Positions 18,415 to 28,011 are shown, counted from the stretch's first letter. The stretch is DNA of 64,000 nt from Desulforegulaceae bacterium (GCA_034007295.1 JAVERC010000005.1:69913-133912), one strand, 5' to 3'. The notes: a model not told the origin generated them from the sequence alone. Numbers and translations: made by a program.

Positions 18415-19520
18415 AAAAGTTTCTCCAGTAAGCGGTCACCTTCATCAAAAAAACCTTGCGGCCATAAATCAATTCTTCCGCTTTCGTCTATTTCAGGATT
18501 AACAACCAGAGCTTCATGAACTGAAGTTTTACTTCTTTCAAGATAAAAAACCTTTACTTCGTGGGAGGGTATAATTTTTTCACGAACACAAACCCTTATT
18601 CCATTAAGAAAATGATCTGAATGGGTTTCTATAAAAAGCTGAACTCCGTTGTTTGCAGCTATAGAACAAAGCCTTCCAAGAGTTGACTGACCTGCAGGAT
18701 GAAGATGAGCTTCCGGATTTTCAATAATTATCATATCACCAGGCTTTGAGCGAAGTATTGCAGTTAGAACCGGCAATACAAAAGTCAAACCAAACCCTAC
18801 ATTCTGTGGTTTGAAATCTGCTGTAATATCAGTTCCCTGCTGAAAGGCATAATTAAGTGAAACAACATTCATTGCAGGCTGAAGCTTTGCATGAATCCTT
18901 ACCCCAGGTGAAATTTCAGCCATCCATTTATCAAGGTTGTCAAGCAGGGACAATGATGGTGAATCCTTATGTTTCAGTGCTTCAACAGCCAAAGGAGACA
19001 ATCCGTATTCAGCAATATAGTGAGCTGTAAATTCACCATGATTGCCAAGGGAATTTAAATCTCTAATATAATAATCTGAAACTTCATATGATGATTTAGG
19101 ACTTATCCTGTCTGCACTTAAATATTGAAACTGTCTTGTAAAAAGACTTTTTTCAACAATTTTTTCATTAATGTTACTGCTGCCTGCCTTTAAAGGCTGC
19201 AAATCTGATTTACTGTCATAATCAAAGGAAAAATTAAAGGGATTTTCATTTTCCCAGGTAAGTGTAAATTCAATTGCTTCCTTTTCTGCACTTTCAGCTA
19301 AAATATCCTGCCCTGTACCCAGGGATACATAATCGCCTTTTAAAAGAAGTCCTTTATTAAAAAGAGTGTTTTTTTCATTGGACTGTCTAAGCAGTAAAAG
19401 AGCCTGAATAAGTGAAGACTTGCCCATACCGTTAAGACCGCTGAATAAATTAAGCGATGCAAGGGGAAACTGTGCGTTATTCAATGATTTAAAACGCTGA
19501 ATTCTTATAAATTTAAGCAT
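18411..19520 (-). CDS. ABC/SMC-like AAA ATPase (AAA_15/21 with a DUF3696-like C-terminus)
   Basis: Walker A GLNGMGKSS, Walker B/D-loop MIIIENPEAHLHP and H-loop ETHSDH. 8-nt overlap with the upstream DUF262 gene. Confidence 0.8.
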   Translation of the reverse strand: MLKFIRIQRFKSLNNAQFPLASLNLFSGLNGMGKSSLIQALLLLRQSNEKNTLFNKGLLLKGDYVSLGTGQDILAESAEKEAIEFTLTWENENPFNFSFDYDSKSDLQPLKAGSSNINEKIVEKSLFTRQFQYLSADRISPKSSYEVSDYYIRDLNSLGNHGEFTAHYIAEYGLSPLAVEALKHKDSPSLSLLDNLDKWMAEISPGVRIHAKLQPAMNVVSLNYAFQQGTDITADFKPQNVGFGLTFVLPVLTAILRSKPGDMIIIENPEAHLHPAGQSTLGRLCSIAANNGVQLFIETHSDHFLNGIRVCVREKIIPSHEVKVFYLERSKTSVHEALVVNPEIDESGRIDLWPQGFFDEGDRLLEKLL

Positions 19521-20700
19521 TTAAAATCTCCAATATAAGCTGGTTTACTTTATCACGCCTTGTTCTGTAATGATCTTTTTTCTGGGTTGAATAGGTAATT
19601 GACCTGAAATAATCATTATCAGTTTTCATAAGTTCAAAATGTTTATCTTCAAGTGCTTTTTTTCTCTTAATCAGACCCTGCATTTTTTCATCTGACAATC
19701 CTGAAAGAGCATTCATCCAGACTTCAAAAAGAGTTGAATTTTTACGCCTTTTTTTTGAGTGATTACCGTCTGTAATTTTTTCAAAGGCCCTGTCTCCAAA
19801 AATTTCCCAGCACCTTTTTATTGCAAGACAAAATGAATTTTTAAATTCAATCAGCTCTTCCTTTGAAGAATTTTCCAGTTTTTTTATCATCTCATCAAGA
19901 AATGTTGCTATATTTTTTTTACTTTGTTCATAATCCATAAATCTAAATGCAAGAAAGCGGAGAACCATTTCCTGGTCAACCATTCTGCGGCTCTGATTTC
20001 CAATTGTTTTAACAAGAAACTCATCCTCTGCAAGTTCTTCAAGATATTTTCTTATTTCAGGTTTTACCATGGCGTTTCTGATTTCCTGGTCATTTAAAAC
20101 AATACCGCCTGTATTTATTCTCCTGAAAATTGAATACTTTACGGCATCAGGTGTACCAGACTGAATTAAAAACTCAGTAACAGAACATTCATTTATTCTT
20201 CGCTGATAGGTTCTTGGAAGATCATCATAGGAAAACCCTGTAAAATCTTTCAGATATTCCAGCCCCCGAAGTTTTAATTTTTTGTCTATTACAAACTTTT
20301 TTATGGCAGAAAGCCTTTGAAGTCCGTCTACAATAAGCCAGTTGTCATCATTTGATGCATCAAAATAAAATGCAGGAAGAGGAATACGTATAAGAATAGA
20401 TTCAATAAGCCTGGACATTTTCTGATTGTCCCACAAATCTCCATGTCGTTGAAAATCCGTATATAAATCAATATCTTCGTTTACAATCCTGTTAATAATA
20501 TTACTCAAGGCATCCTGTTTTGGTATTATATTTATTTCAGAGGGGTCAAAAGGTTCTTGCATCACAGGATCTAAATCTTCATTGTCATCTTCTTTTTCAG
20601 ATGCTGTATCAACATTTTCAATCTCAATAATATCTTCTATAAAATTGTTTTCTAATTTTTTTTTCATGCTTGAATTATCTTGATTTTCACAAAAAGTCAT
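19513..20700 (-). CDS. DUF262 (ParB/DndB-like) domain protein, no HNH/DUF1524 domain
   Basis: Core LIESILIRIPLPAFYF...VDGLQRL (the DGQQR motif of DUF262). Acidic N-terminal tail. No C-terminal His-Me finger seen. Confidence 0.8.
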   Translation of the reverse strand: MTFCENQDNSSMKKKLENNFIEDIIEIENVDTASEKEDDNEDLDPVMQEPFDPSEINIIPKQDALSNIINRIVNEDIDLYTDFQRHGDLWDNQKMSRLIESILIRIPLPAFYFDASNDDNWLIVDGLQRLSAIKKFVIDKKLKLRGLEYLKDFTGFSYDDLPRTYQRRINECSVTEFLIQSGTPDAVKYSIFRRINTGGIVLNDQEIRNAMVKPEIRKYLEELAEDEFLVKTIGNQSRRMVDQEMVLRFLAFRFMDYEQSKKNIATFLDEMIKKLENSSKEELIEFKNSFCLAIKRCWEIFGDRAFEKITDGNHSKKRRKNSTLFEVWMNALSGLSDEKMQGLIKRKKALEDKHFELMKTDNDYFRSITYSTQKKDHYRTRRDKVNQLILEILNA

Positions 20701-20702
20701 AA

Positions 20703-23700
20703 TTACAACCTCTGATTTCTAACAGCTTCTGCAATAATTCTTGCACAGCTTGCCTCAATATCTGGTTTAAATATTTTTGTTGGTTTAAGGTCTTCTCTTT
20801 TTTCAGCTAAATAATCTGCCATTTTGGACAAAAGCCCTTTGTTCTGAATATAATTTGGACAGTTTTCCATAAGATGCAAAAGCACATCATCAACTTCAAA
20901 CTCTTTTGAAAGCTCAAACATTGAATAAAGAAGAGCCCTTAAAGGTGTTTTGGAAATTTCAGCATCACCTGACATCAAAGAACCTTTAAATTCAGTAGAA
21001 AGCTTTAGCCTTGCATTGTTTGCCTTTGATTTGTCGCTCATAAGCTGATCATAATGGCGTACTTTAAAAGCCTTGGCAAAATTCTGGTAATTATCAAGGG
21101 TTTTATTTCCCTGATGCTCCATTTCAGCCATTTTAAGATAAAACCGCTCAACAGCCTGAAGTTTCTGCCATTCTTCCTTTTCAAAACCAACAGGAACAAG
21201 AAACTGAACAGCAGTTTGAACTGCAAAGTCTATAAGTTCATCAACAAAGGTTTTTTTGTTTTTCTGCCTTGGAGCTTCTGCCTCTGAAACCATATCCTTT
21301 CCGTCAATTTTTGAATATGATGTAAGAACTTTCAAGGCTGCGGCATAACCTGCCATATGTAGATCTGCATCAGAATAAAGGCCTTCCAGACTTTTTTCTT
21401 TAACTTTTGTATCAAGGCCCATAAGAGATTCAACCTGCTCTTTTACTGCATCCTGAATTTCCCAGGCAAGGTCGTCTCTGAATGTTTCAAGTTCCCTGTG
21501 GCGTTTTCTTAGAACAAGAATAATTGTTCCCTTTACATTTGCACCTTTTCTAAGGGATGACTCTGTTTCTGTTACAACATACCATGCAGCAGTAACCTGA
21601 AGACCGCTTGCCCAGATAATATTTGTCATATCAGACCAGATAGAACCGCTTTGATGGGTAAACATTAAAACCTGAATTCCGTTGTCAGGCATTTTCTGTG
21701 CTGTTTTACCATAGGCTGATATCATTGCCCGCCTGAAATCCTCATCTTCTCCCTTTATTGCAAGAGACCGCCTGCTGTCCCATGTCCAGTGTGAAAATTC
21801 CTCAGGCGGATTTTTTCTCAGCCAGGCAATAAAAAATTCTGTTATTTCTTCGTATTTTACTGCATCTCCGTATGGGGGGTCGGTTATGTAGATATCGTTT
21901 TCTGTTTCAATATTTTGTGCAGGGTGAGTTTTAACGGTTGTTTTCACATCATAAAAGGGATAGCTTTTACAACCTTTTAAAGTTATTTGATTAGTTAAAT
22001 ATTCAAGAGATCTGCACCCATAATTATAAAAAGTGTTCAATGCTTGATTATAAAATACGTGACCAACAGCATCTACACCTTCTGAAGGATCCCACACACA
22101 AAGTTTGCTACTTCTATTAAGTGCCTGGGATAAAGAAATATACACATCACTTGTTTTTGCATATTTTTTCAATAAACCATTAATATATAACTGCCGAGGA
22201 TTAAACAAATGATGCCAATGGGTCCAGCCTCTGGTTCTAATTGGCTCATCTGTTTTCTCTCCGGCTTCAATAACCATATCAGGAATATATCCTTTTTCCT
22301 GCCACTCACCAAGATGGGTTTTGACATAATCAATAACCTTTTTTTCACGCTCAAGGTCATCATTTGTAACTGAACGGAAATGATATTCGTATTGCGAGCT
22401 GTTTGGCTTTTTTTTCATCCATTGAATACAATAAAGCCGTTCCTGGAAAATATCATCGGGTCTTGGAATAAAATCGGATTTTTCCCACAGCCTGAGACGG
22501 TTTTTGTTTTCTTTGCCGTCCTTATAATCGCCTCGGATTGTTTTAATATTTACACGATGTTGCTTTATACCATCAAATGAATGAACTAAATATCCATTCT
22601 GAATAGTTCCATCTTTTGCTTCATTAACTTCATCTTTTGTAGAAACATATTCAATACTAATATCATATGAGAAGTCTAAATAATTTGGTAACAATTTTGC
22701 AACAACCCTTTTACCCTTACTAATAATAAATGAAGGCAACAAAGGAACTCTCCACCCAGTTTCTGGACATATTACTTCGTGACAATACAAAAAAGCTTTA
22801 GCCTGCCAACCGTTATTATCAGTTTCAACGCCTAATTCATCAATTTTTTCTCTAACTTTTTTTACCAAGCCTGCCTGATGCTTTTCAATAAAAACTCTTT
22901 GAGCTGGTGATGCACCAACAATATTTGCTCCGCCCCAGGTAAGCATACAGGCAATGGGATTAAGATCTGATGCATAAACATCACATCCAAGCCTTGCTGC
23001 TTCAAAAGGAATCTGGCCTGAACCACAAAATACATCAGCAAGTTTTGGTCTGTGTCCAAATCTTGCAATTCCCATCTGCTCAACAAGCTCTGAAAAACAA
23101 TCTGCACTTGTACCAAGATGTTTGTTAACCTTTTCCCATATATGAAAATGAACTTTGTCTCCAAGTTCTTCCGGCCTTTTTGCCTTAGAAACATTTTCAT
23201 TATATTTTGAGTATGGAAGAGCCTTTGCCTCAAGTTCAAGCCTTTGATCTTCAGAAACAGAGTCTGCCCATAAAAGAACCGGAACTTTTCTTTTTTTTTT
23301 GCCGGACTGAACTACTTCAACCTCATAATCCTTAATATCAAAAGGTGTATAAATGGGAAGTTCAACATCTTCTTTAACATAAAACCATTTATTTGTTTCA
23401 AGCCCTTTTACCCTTAAAGCAATATCACAAGGCTTTATTCTTCCAAGACGCAAAGCCATGGATTTTTCATCCATTCCCATTAAAAGCTCAAAAACCTCAA
23501 GATCTTTAAGGCTGTCATCTGTTAAGGGAAGAAGGCAGCCAAGTGTACATGCCTTGTTTAAAATAAGGGGTTTTCTTCCTTTCCAGTAACTTCCAAGAGC
23601 AGTCAGGGTTTTCCCTTGATTTGCCATTTGTTCCTTGAAACTTTCAGCAGATATTTTCTGCACAGGAAAAAGTCCTTCAATAAGAGCTGGTTTATCTTTC

Positions 23701-23723
23701 CATTCAAACGGTTCAAGAGCCAT
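20703..23723 (-). CDS. DUF1156-type DNA methyltransferase (N6-A/N4-C class, DPPY)
   Basis: N-terminal LIEGLFPVQKISAES...YWKGRKP (DUF1156-like), AdoMet motif I VFCGSGQIPFEA...DLNP and catalytic motif IV ITDPPYGD ~380 aa later. TAATG overlap with the upstream gene. Confidence 0.85.
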   Translation of the reverse strand: MALEPFEWKDKPALIEGLFPVQKISAESFKEQMANQGKTLTALGSYWKGRKPLILNKACTLGCLLPLTDDSLKDLEVFELLMGMDEKSMALRLGRIKPCDIALRVKGLETNKWFYVKEDVELPIYTPFDIKDYEVEVVQSGKKKRKVPVLLWADSVSEDQRLELEAKALPYSKYNENVSKAKRPEELGDKVHFHIWEKVNKHLGTSADCFSELVEQMGIARFGHRPKLADVFCGSGQIPFEAARLGCDVYASDLNPIACMLTWGGANIVGASPAQRVFIEKHQAGLVKKVREKIDELGVETDNNGWQAKAFLYCHEVICPETGWRVPLLPSFIISKGKRVVAKLLPNYLDFSYDISIEYVSTKDEVNEAKDGTIQNGYLVHSFDGIKQHRVNIKTIRGDYKDGKENKNRLRLWEKSDFIPRPDDIFQERLYCIQWMKKKPNSSQYEYHFRSVTNDDLEREKKVIDYVKTHLGEWQEKGYIPDMVIEAGEKTDEPIRTRGWTHWHHLFNPRQLYINGLLKKYAKTSDVYISLSQALNRSSKLCVWDPSEGVDAVGHVFYNQALNTFYNYGCRSLEYLTNQITLKGCKSYPFYDVKTTVKTHPAQNIETENDIYITDPPYGDAVKYEEITEFFIAWLRKNPPEEFSHWTWDSRRSLAIKGEDEDFRRAMISAYGKTAQKMPDNGIQVLMFTHQSGSIWSDMTNIIWASGLQVTAAWYVVTETESSLRKGANVKGTIILVLRKRHRELETFRDDLAWEIQDAVKEQVESLMGLDTKVKEKSLEGLYSDADLHMAGYAAALKVLTSYSKIDGKDMVSEAEAPRQKNKKTFVDELIDFAVQTAVQFLVPVGFEKEEWQKLQAVERFYLKMAEMEHQGNKTLDNYQNFAKAFKVRHYDQLMSDKSKANNARLKLSTEFKGSLMSGDAEISKTPLRALLYSMFELSKEFEVDDVLLHLMENCPNYIQNKGLLSKMADYLAEKREDLKPTKIFKPDIEASCARIIAEAVRNQRL

Positions 23724-24307
23724 TAAATATTTCCTTTTTCCATAAAATCAAAATTAAACTCCATTTCCCGGGTATCTGACTTTTTAATTTTTGGTTTTTT
23801 TTTGGGTTCAACCTTAATACTTGATGCATCTGACAAGGCACAATAAAGAGCCTTGCGCCAGCCCCTTTTAAACTGGTCAAAGTTTCCTGCCTCTGCTGCT
23901 GTTTTTGAATAAAGCCACCATCTTTCTTCAGGACGAAGTGCAAGCCATTTCTGGCAAATTACTATACATTCTTCAGGAAGTGCATGTTCTGCGGCCCACC
24001 CAAGAACACAGAGTTCTTTTCCAAGAAACCTGTCAAGTTTTACTTTCCCTGTTGACCAGCTCCCTGTACTCATTTTTTTTGCTTTCAGACGTGTATTAAA
24101 ATCTCTTCTTGCATCGTCTCTTATTTTGGTCCAGAGCTCCCTTGCAAGAACAAGCCTGCATTCTTGAGTTTCACGCCGGCTTTCATCTCCGTCAAATCCA
24201 AAATCTTCATAAATTGAAACCCCGTCACGGGGACCTTTAGGGATTTCCACATAAAAATGATGCACACCAAAAGCTGAGGGAGCACCAAAGTCAATGGTTT
24301 TGCTCAT
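23723..24307 (-). CDS. small conserved partner protein (DUF3780-like by position between the DUF499 and DUF1156 genes)
   Basis: Start moved to ATG 24307 (MSKTIDF), which has GGAGAGG upstream and a 17-nt overlap with the DUF499 gene stop. The family call is from synteny only. Confidence 0.6.
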   Translation of the reverse strand: MSKTIDFGAPSAFGVHHFYVEIPKGPRDGVSIYEDFGFDGDESRRETQECRLVLARELWTKIRDDARRDFNTRLKAKKMSTGSWSTGKVKLDRFLGKELCVLGWAAEHALPEECIVICQKWLALRPEERWWLYSKTAAEAGNFDQFKRGWRKALYCALSDASSIKVEPKKKPKIKKSDTREMEFNFDFMEKGNI

Positions 24308-27300
24308 TTTGCTCAACCTCTCCGTTTTGAATTTCCAGACTAAATTTTTTGGCAAACTGAGTCAAATCATAGCCTGTTGGGACATGAGCTTTTTTAAATC
24401 TCATTATAACCGGAGCATCAGGGTCTATAAGACTTTGAAGGTTTGAAAGTTCTTTTTCAATAAATTCTGCACTTATTTTAATTTCACCAAAGGACAGATT
24501 TATAATTTGTTTTCCTGTTCCAAGGGTTAAGGTTACCTGTTCAAAAGAAATATTTTTTTCCTTTGCAATCTTAAGCCCTTCATAGGTTTTTGAGGAATTG
24601 TCCAGAACTTTTGGAGATGTGCTTACCCATACAGCCGGTGCTTCCTTGATAATTGGCACTTCTGTAGAACCTGAAGCAGGAAGTGTAAAATTTTTCTTTA
24701 CTTCAAGACCTTCACATTCTGCAAATGCATAAACTGTGGTTTCTTCATTTCCAAGCTGAATTGGACAGGTATATTCTTTTCCGTTTCTTGGTTCTGAACC
24801 ATCCAGAGTGTAAAGAATTTTACCCTTTGGTGCCACAAAAAGCTCTAAATTACGTGAAACTTTATCAAGTTTACATCTAAGTTTAAGCTGGTTTTCCCAT
24901 GTTATTGGGTTTCCCTGAAGATTTTTTCCTGTTGGGTCAACTGCAAGAAACTGGACCCTTAAAGCTTTTGTTAAAAGATTATTTTCTTTTAAAACAGGAC
25001 TTTGTTCTGAAACTTCACTATCTTCTGAATAATGAATTCTTGGACTGTTTCCTGAATTTGAAGCTTCAACTTTAATACGAACTTCTCCAAAATCATCGGG
25101 ATCGAAAACTTCACATATAACAACCTGAGTTGTTTTAGGCTTTGGTTTTTTGGTTATATATCCATTCCCAAGATCCTCCCATATGCCCCTTTGATATGCT
25201 TCCAGTGCAAGATCATCAAAACCTTTTCCTGGAATCCACGGCATCTGGGTTTTTTGTTTCATTTTATCTATAAGATCAGTTTTTTTTGCTTCATCTGAAG
25301 ACCCGAAAAGCAAAGATTCTGCCTTGGCCCTGAGTGCATCAAAATTATCTGGAATTTGAGTATAAAGCTTGATTGGATCAGAACTTAAAGTTTTAATAAT
25401 CTGTTTTTCACCATTGTAGGGTTCATTTGAGGAATAAGTGCTGTCAAGAGCTTTTGCCCTTAAAGTATCTTTTCCCTGGCTGTTTCCCGGGAATAAAAGC
25501 TTATCAAAAACCGATAATACGGTTGTTTGAAAATCCTGCTCATACTGAGCTTTTTTTTCATCAAGTTCTTTTCTCTGGGGATGGGAATTTTGAATTTCAT
25601 TATCTGCCTTTGTAACAGCATAAACATGACGTGCTGATTTTTCCACGCTTGCTATTGAAGACTTGTCGCCGGTTAAAATAAGAATATTGTTTTTATTTAT
25701 CAACTGGTCAAAAAACCTTGAATAAACACCCGGAGGCACTTTACCGTCTGGTTCAATAATTAACAGAGTACGCGATGTTTTTAAATAAGCTTCAGCATCA
25801 TCAATTTCAGGCAGAGGCAGTATTTTTTCATAGGCTTCTTTTGTAACAGGCCTATACATTTCCTCAAGACGATGCCTGATTAATTCATCAACCTTGTTCT
25901 GGGGAGCCTTGTCTGCATAACCCTGAAGCTTTTTTGTAAGATTTTCCTGATGGCTGAAATAATGCCTTCCCTCCTGGGTCTGGTGTAAATACCAGGCTGA
26001 TTTTTGAAGTTCTTCAAATGCATTTCTATAACCGCTGGCCTGATGATTAGGGTCTATGAGACATTCAAGCATTTCCCTTTCGCTAAGGCCTTTTACAGAA
26101 TTTATTGCAGTTGAAAGGCTTGCTGTAAGTAAAAGAGCTCCTGCCTGTTTTGCATAATTGTTTCCATTATTTATATCAATCACCTGTGCATGTGCACTAT
26201 CTGTTGAATCCCAGAGATCTTTTGCAATTACATCTCTCATTTCTGAAATTTCAGCCAGTTTTTCACGAACCTCATATATTGACAAATCAAAATGCTGGGC
26301 CCCGATAAGATAAATATCATCACTGCTTTGCCAAACTGATTTTAAAAGCCTTGAAACAAGCTCCATAAGACCGCGGGTCTGCTTGAATTTTTCATTTTCC
26401 TTAAATAAAGCCACAAGGCTTTTAAAGCTTGGATGGAATGGGTAGGTTGATTCAATATCATTTGCCAGTGCTTCGGCACTTCTTTCAACTGTTTTTGCCT
26501 TAGCTGCCTCTGCAAGTCTTGAAGCATAAACTGAAGCAATTTCTGCAATTTCACTTTTATCAGGAAGTGAAACAAAAAGGCGTTTTCTTAATATTTCATA
26601 AACTTCATTTGATTCAAGATTTACAGGGGTAATTGAAATTTCTGCACGTCCAAGTTCCTGTGATGCATCATCAAGAGCTCTTTGAATAAGTTTTCCACCT
26701 GTGTCATAGGCTGCCTCAAGATCTGAAACAACAATACAGACATTCTTTTTTTTCTGTGCTGCTGTAAGCATATTTGAAAAAGCTCTTGTTATTACATCTG
26801 CAATTGTTCCATGCCCTAAAACCTGGGTGCTGTAATAATGAAAATAGGGAGGCATTTCATCAAGAAGAATAAGGACAGGCTTTTCTCCCTCAAAAAGATT
26901 GAGCCAGGCCTGTTCATCAGGTGCTTTTGCTCCTGACTCCCAATATTCTCTAAAAAGACTTTCTTTACCAAGCTGAGCTGCAATTTCTCCCCAAAAATAT
27001 CTGTGAGGATTATTTCTGCCGTTAAAAGCTGCTATTTTTGCTGAATCAAAATCTGACTTATAAGGCATTGTGCCAATTTTAGACTGTCTAAGTTCCAAAT
27101 CTTTTGCAAGAAGCCCAAAACCTACCATTAAATGGGTTTTACCTCCGCCCATGGCCTGTTTTAAATGAAATACAGAATCATTTGACTTGCCGGCAAGACG
27201 TGCCATGCCCTTTGAAAGCAAAACTTTCATTCCGTCTGTAATAAAAGTCTTATTGAAATATTCATGTCCGTCTGTTTCATTAATGATCTGATCTAGTTTT

Positions 27301-27371
27301 TCTATCTGATCACCGACATTTATTTCAAGAGCATTTGGCTGTAATTGACATGCACTTCTAATGGTTTTCAT
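24291..27371 (-). CDS. DUF499-type large ATPase (first gene of the defence operon)
   Basis: Walker A QAMGGGKTHLM, Walker B VLILLDEMPPYF, ~1000 aa. C-terminal LYTLDGSEPRNGKEYTCPI beta-sandwich-like motif. GGGAG RBS. Confidence 0.8.
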   Translation of the reverse strand: MKTIRSACQLQPNALEINVGDQIEKLDQIINETDGHEYFNKTFITDGMKVLLSKGMARLAGKSNDSVFHLKQAMGGGKTHLMVGFGLLAKDLELRQSKIGTMPYKSDFDSAKIAAFNGRNNPHRYFWGEIAAQLGKESLFREYWESGAKAPDEQAWLNLFEGEKPVLILLDEMPPYFHYYSTQVLGHGTIADVITRAFSNMLTAAQKKKNVCIVVSDLEAAYDTGGKLIQRALDDASQELGRAEISITPVNLESNEVYEILRKRLFVSLPDKSEIAEIASVYASRLAEAAKAKTVERSAEALANDIESTYPFHPSFKSLVALFKENEKFKQTRGLMELVSRLLKSVWQSSDDIYLIGAQHFDLSIYEVREKLAEISEMRDVIAKDLWDSTDSAHAQVIDINNGNNYAKQAGALLLTASLSTAINSVKGLSEREMLECLIDPNHQASGYRNAFEELQKSAWYLHQTQEGRHYFSHQENLTKKLQGYADKAPQNKVDELIRHRLEEMYRPVTKEAYEKILPLPEIDDAEAYLKTSRTLLIIEPDGKVPPGVYSRFFDQLINKNNILILTGDKSSIASVEKSARHVYAVTKADNEIQNSHPQRKELDEKKAQYEQDFQTTVLSVFDKLLFPGNSQGKDTLRAKALDSTYSSNEPYNGEKQIIKTLSSDPIKLYTQIPDNFDALRAKAESLLFGSSDEAKKTDLIDKMKQKTQMPWIPGKGFDDLALEAYQRGIWEDLGNGYITKKPKPKTTQVVICEVFDPDDFGEVRIKVEASNSGNSPRIHYSEDSEVSEQSPVLKENNLLTKALRVQFLAVDPTGKNLQGNPITWENQLKLRCKLDKVSRNLELFVAPKGKILYTLDGSEPRNGKEYTCPIQLGNEETTVYAFAECEGLEVKKNFTLPASGSTEVPIIKEAPAVWVSTSPKVLDNSSKTYEGLKIAKEKNISFEQVTLTLGTGKQIINLSFGEIKISAEFIEKELSNLQSLIDPDAPVIMRFKKAHVPTGYDLTQFAKKFSLEIQNGEVEQNEQNH

Positions 27372-27440
27372 TTAAAACTCCCGGCTTTCTTATTTTTTTA
27401 TTTCTTGTTCCAAAAAATGGCCTGTTTTTTAATGCACAAT

Positions 27441-27469
27441 TTTATAAGTTTTCATTAAGCAAAGCTCAA
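27441..27469 (-). promoter_or_regulatory. candidate sigma70-like promoter of the defence operon
   Basis: Minus strand reads TTGAGC-N17-TATAAA, ~70 nt upstream of the ATG at 27371 and downstream of the preceding terminator. Confidence 0.3.
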
Positions 27470-27480
27470 GATATCTAGGT

Positions 27481-27513
27481 AAAATAAAAAAATCAAGCTC
27501 CCATTGGGAGCTT
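27481..27513 (-). terminator. rho-independent terminator after the 142-aa ORF
   Basis: Minus strand reads AAGCTCCCA-a-TGGGAGCTT followed by GATTTTTTTATTTT. Confidence 0.6.
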
Positions 27514-27582
27514 AAATGATATAAATTATCTTTTTTCTCTTATAAAAAAATTTTAGCTAAAACTTTATATTAGTTTTTATCT

Positions 27583-28011
27583 TTATATTTTAGGAAACAA
27601 TATTTCATTTTTATCTGAAAATTTTAAGTAAATATCTTCAATCATATCATCAATAACAGCGAAAGGAAGTTCTGTAACATCTATAAAGTACCTTGATGCA
27701 AAGCTATTTTTATTTATAGAATGATTAAATGTATCCTCTTCTAATTTTTCTCCTGCAAATTCTTTAAACAATTTAACAGCTTCATCAACTTGTTCAGGAT
27801 ATCTTTCTGAGGCAGAAGGTGTAGTTAAAAGATCAATTATCAATTTATTATTTTTTAAATGGTGAATCCATACATCACAGCCTCGTTTTATTTGTAAAAT
27901 TTTAGCATATCCATTTTCATTTCCTGAAAACCCCTTAACTTTCCCAGCTTTATTAAGTCCATCAACTTTTTTTGCAGCTAAATACAGTTTGTAATCTATT
28001 GTTTCAGTCAT
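27583..28011 (-). CDS. hypothetical protein (142 aa), monocistronic, island-proximal
   Basis: Intact ORF with its own terminator. No recognisable motif. Confidence 0.5.
   Translation of the reverse strand: MTETIDYKLYLAAKKVDGLNKAGKVKGFSGNENGYAKILQIKRGCDVWIHHLKNNKLIIDLLTTPSASERYPEQVDEAVKLFKEFAGEKLEEDTFNHSINKNSFASRYFIDVTELPFAVIDDMIEDIYLKFSDKNEILFPKI

Noticed and set aside
19513-20700. Calling the DUF262 protein a GmrSD/BrxU-type type IV restriction enzyme
   Set aside because: The C-terminal half shows no HNH/His-Me (DUF1524) motif. Only the N-terminal DGLQR ParB-like domain is present.
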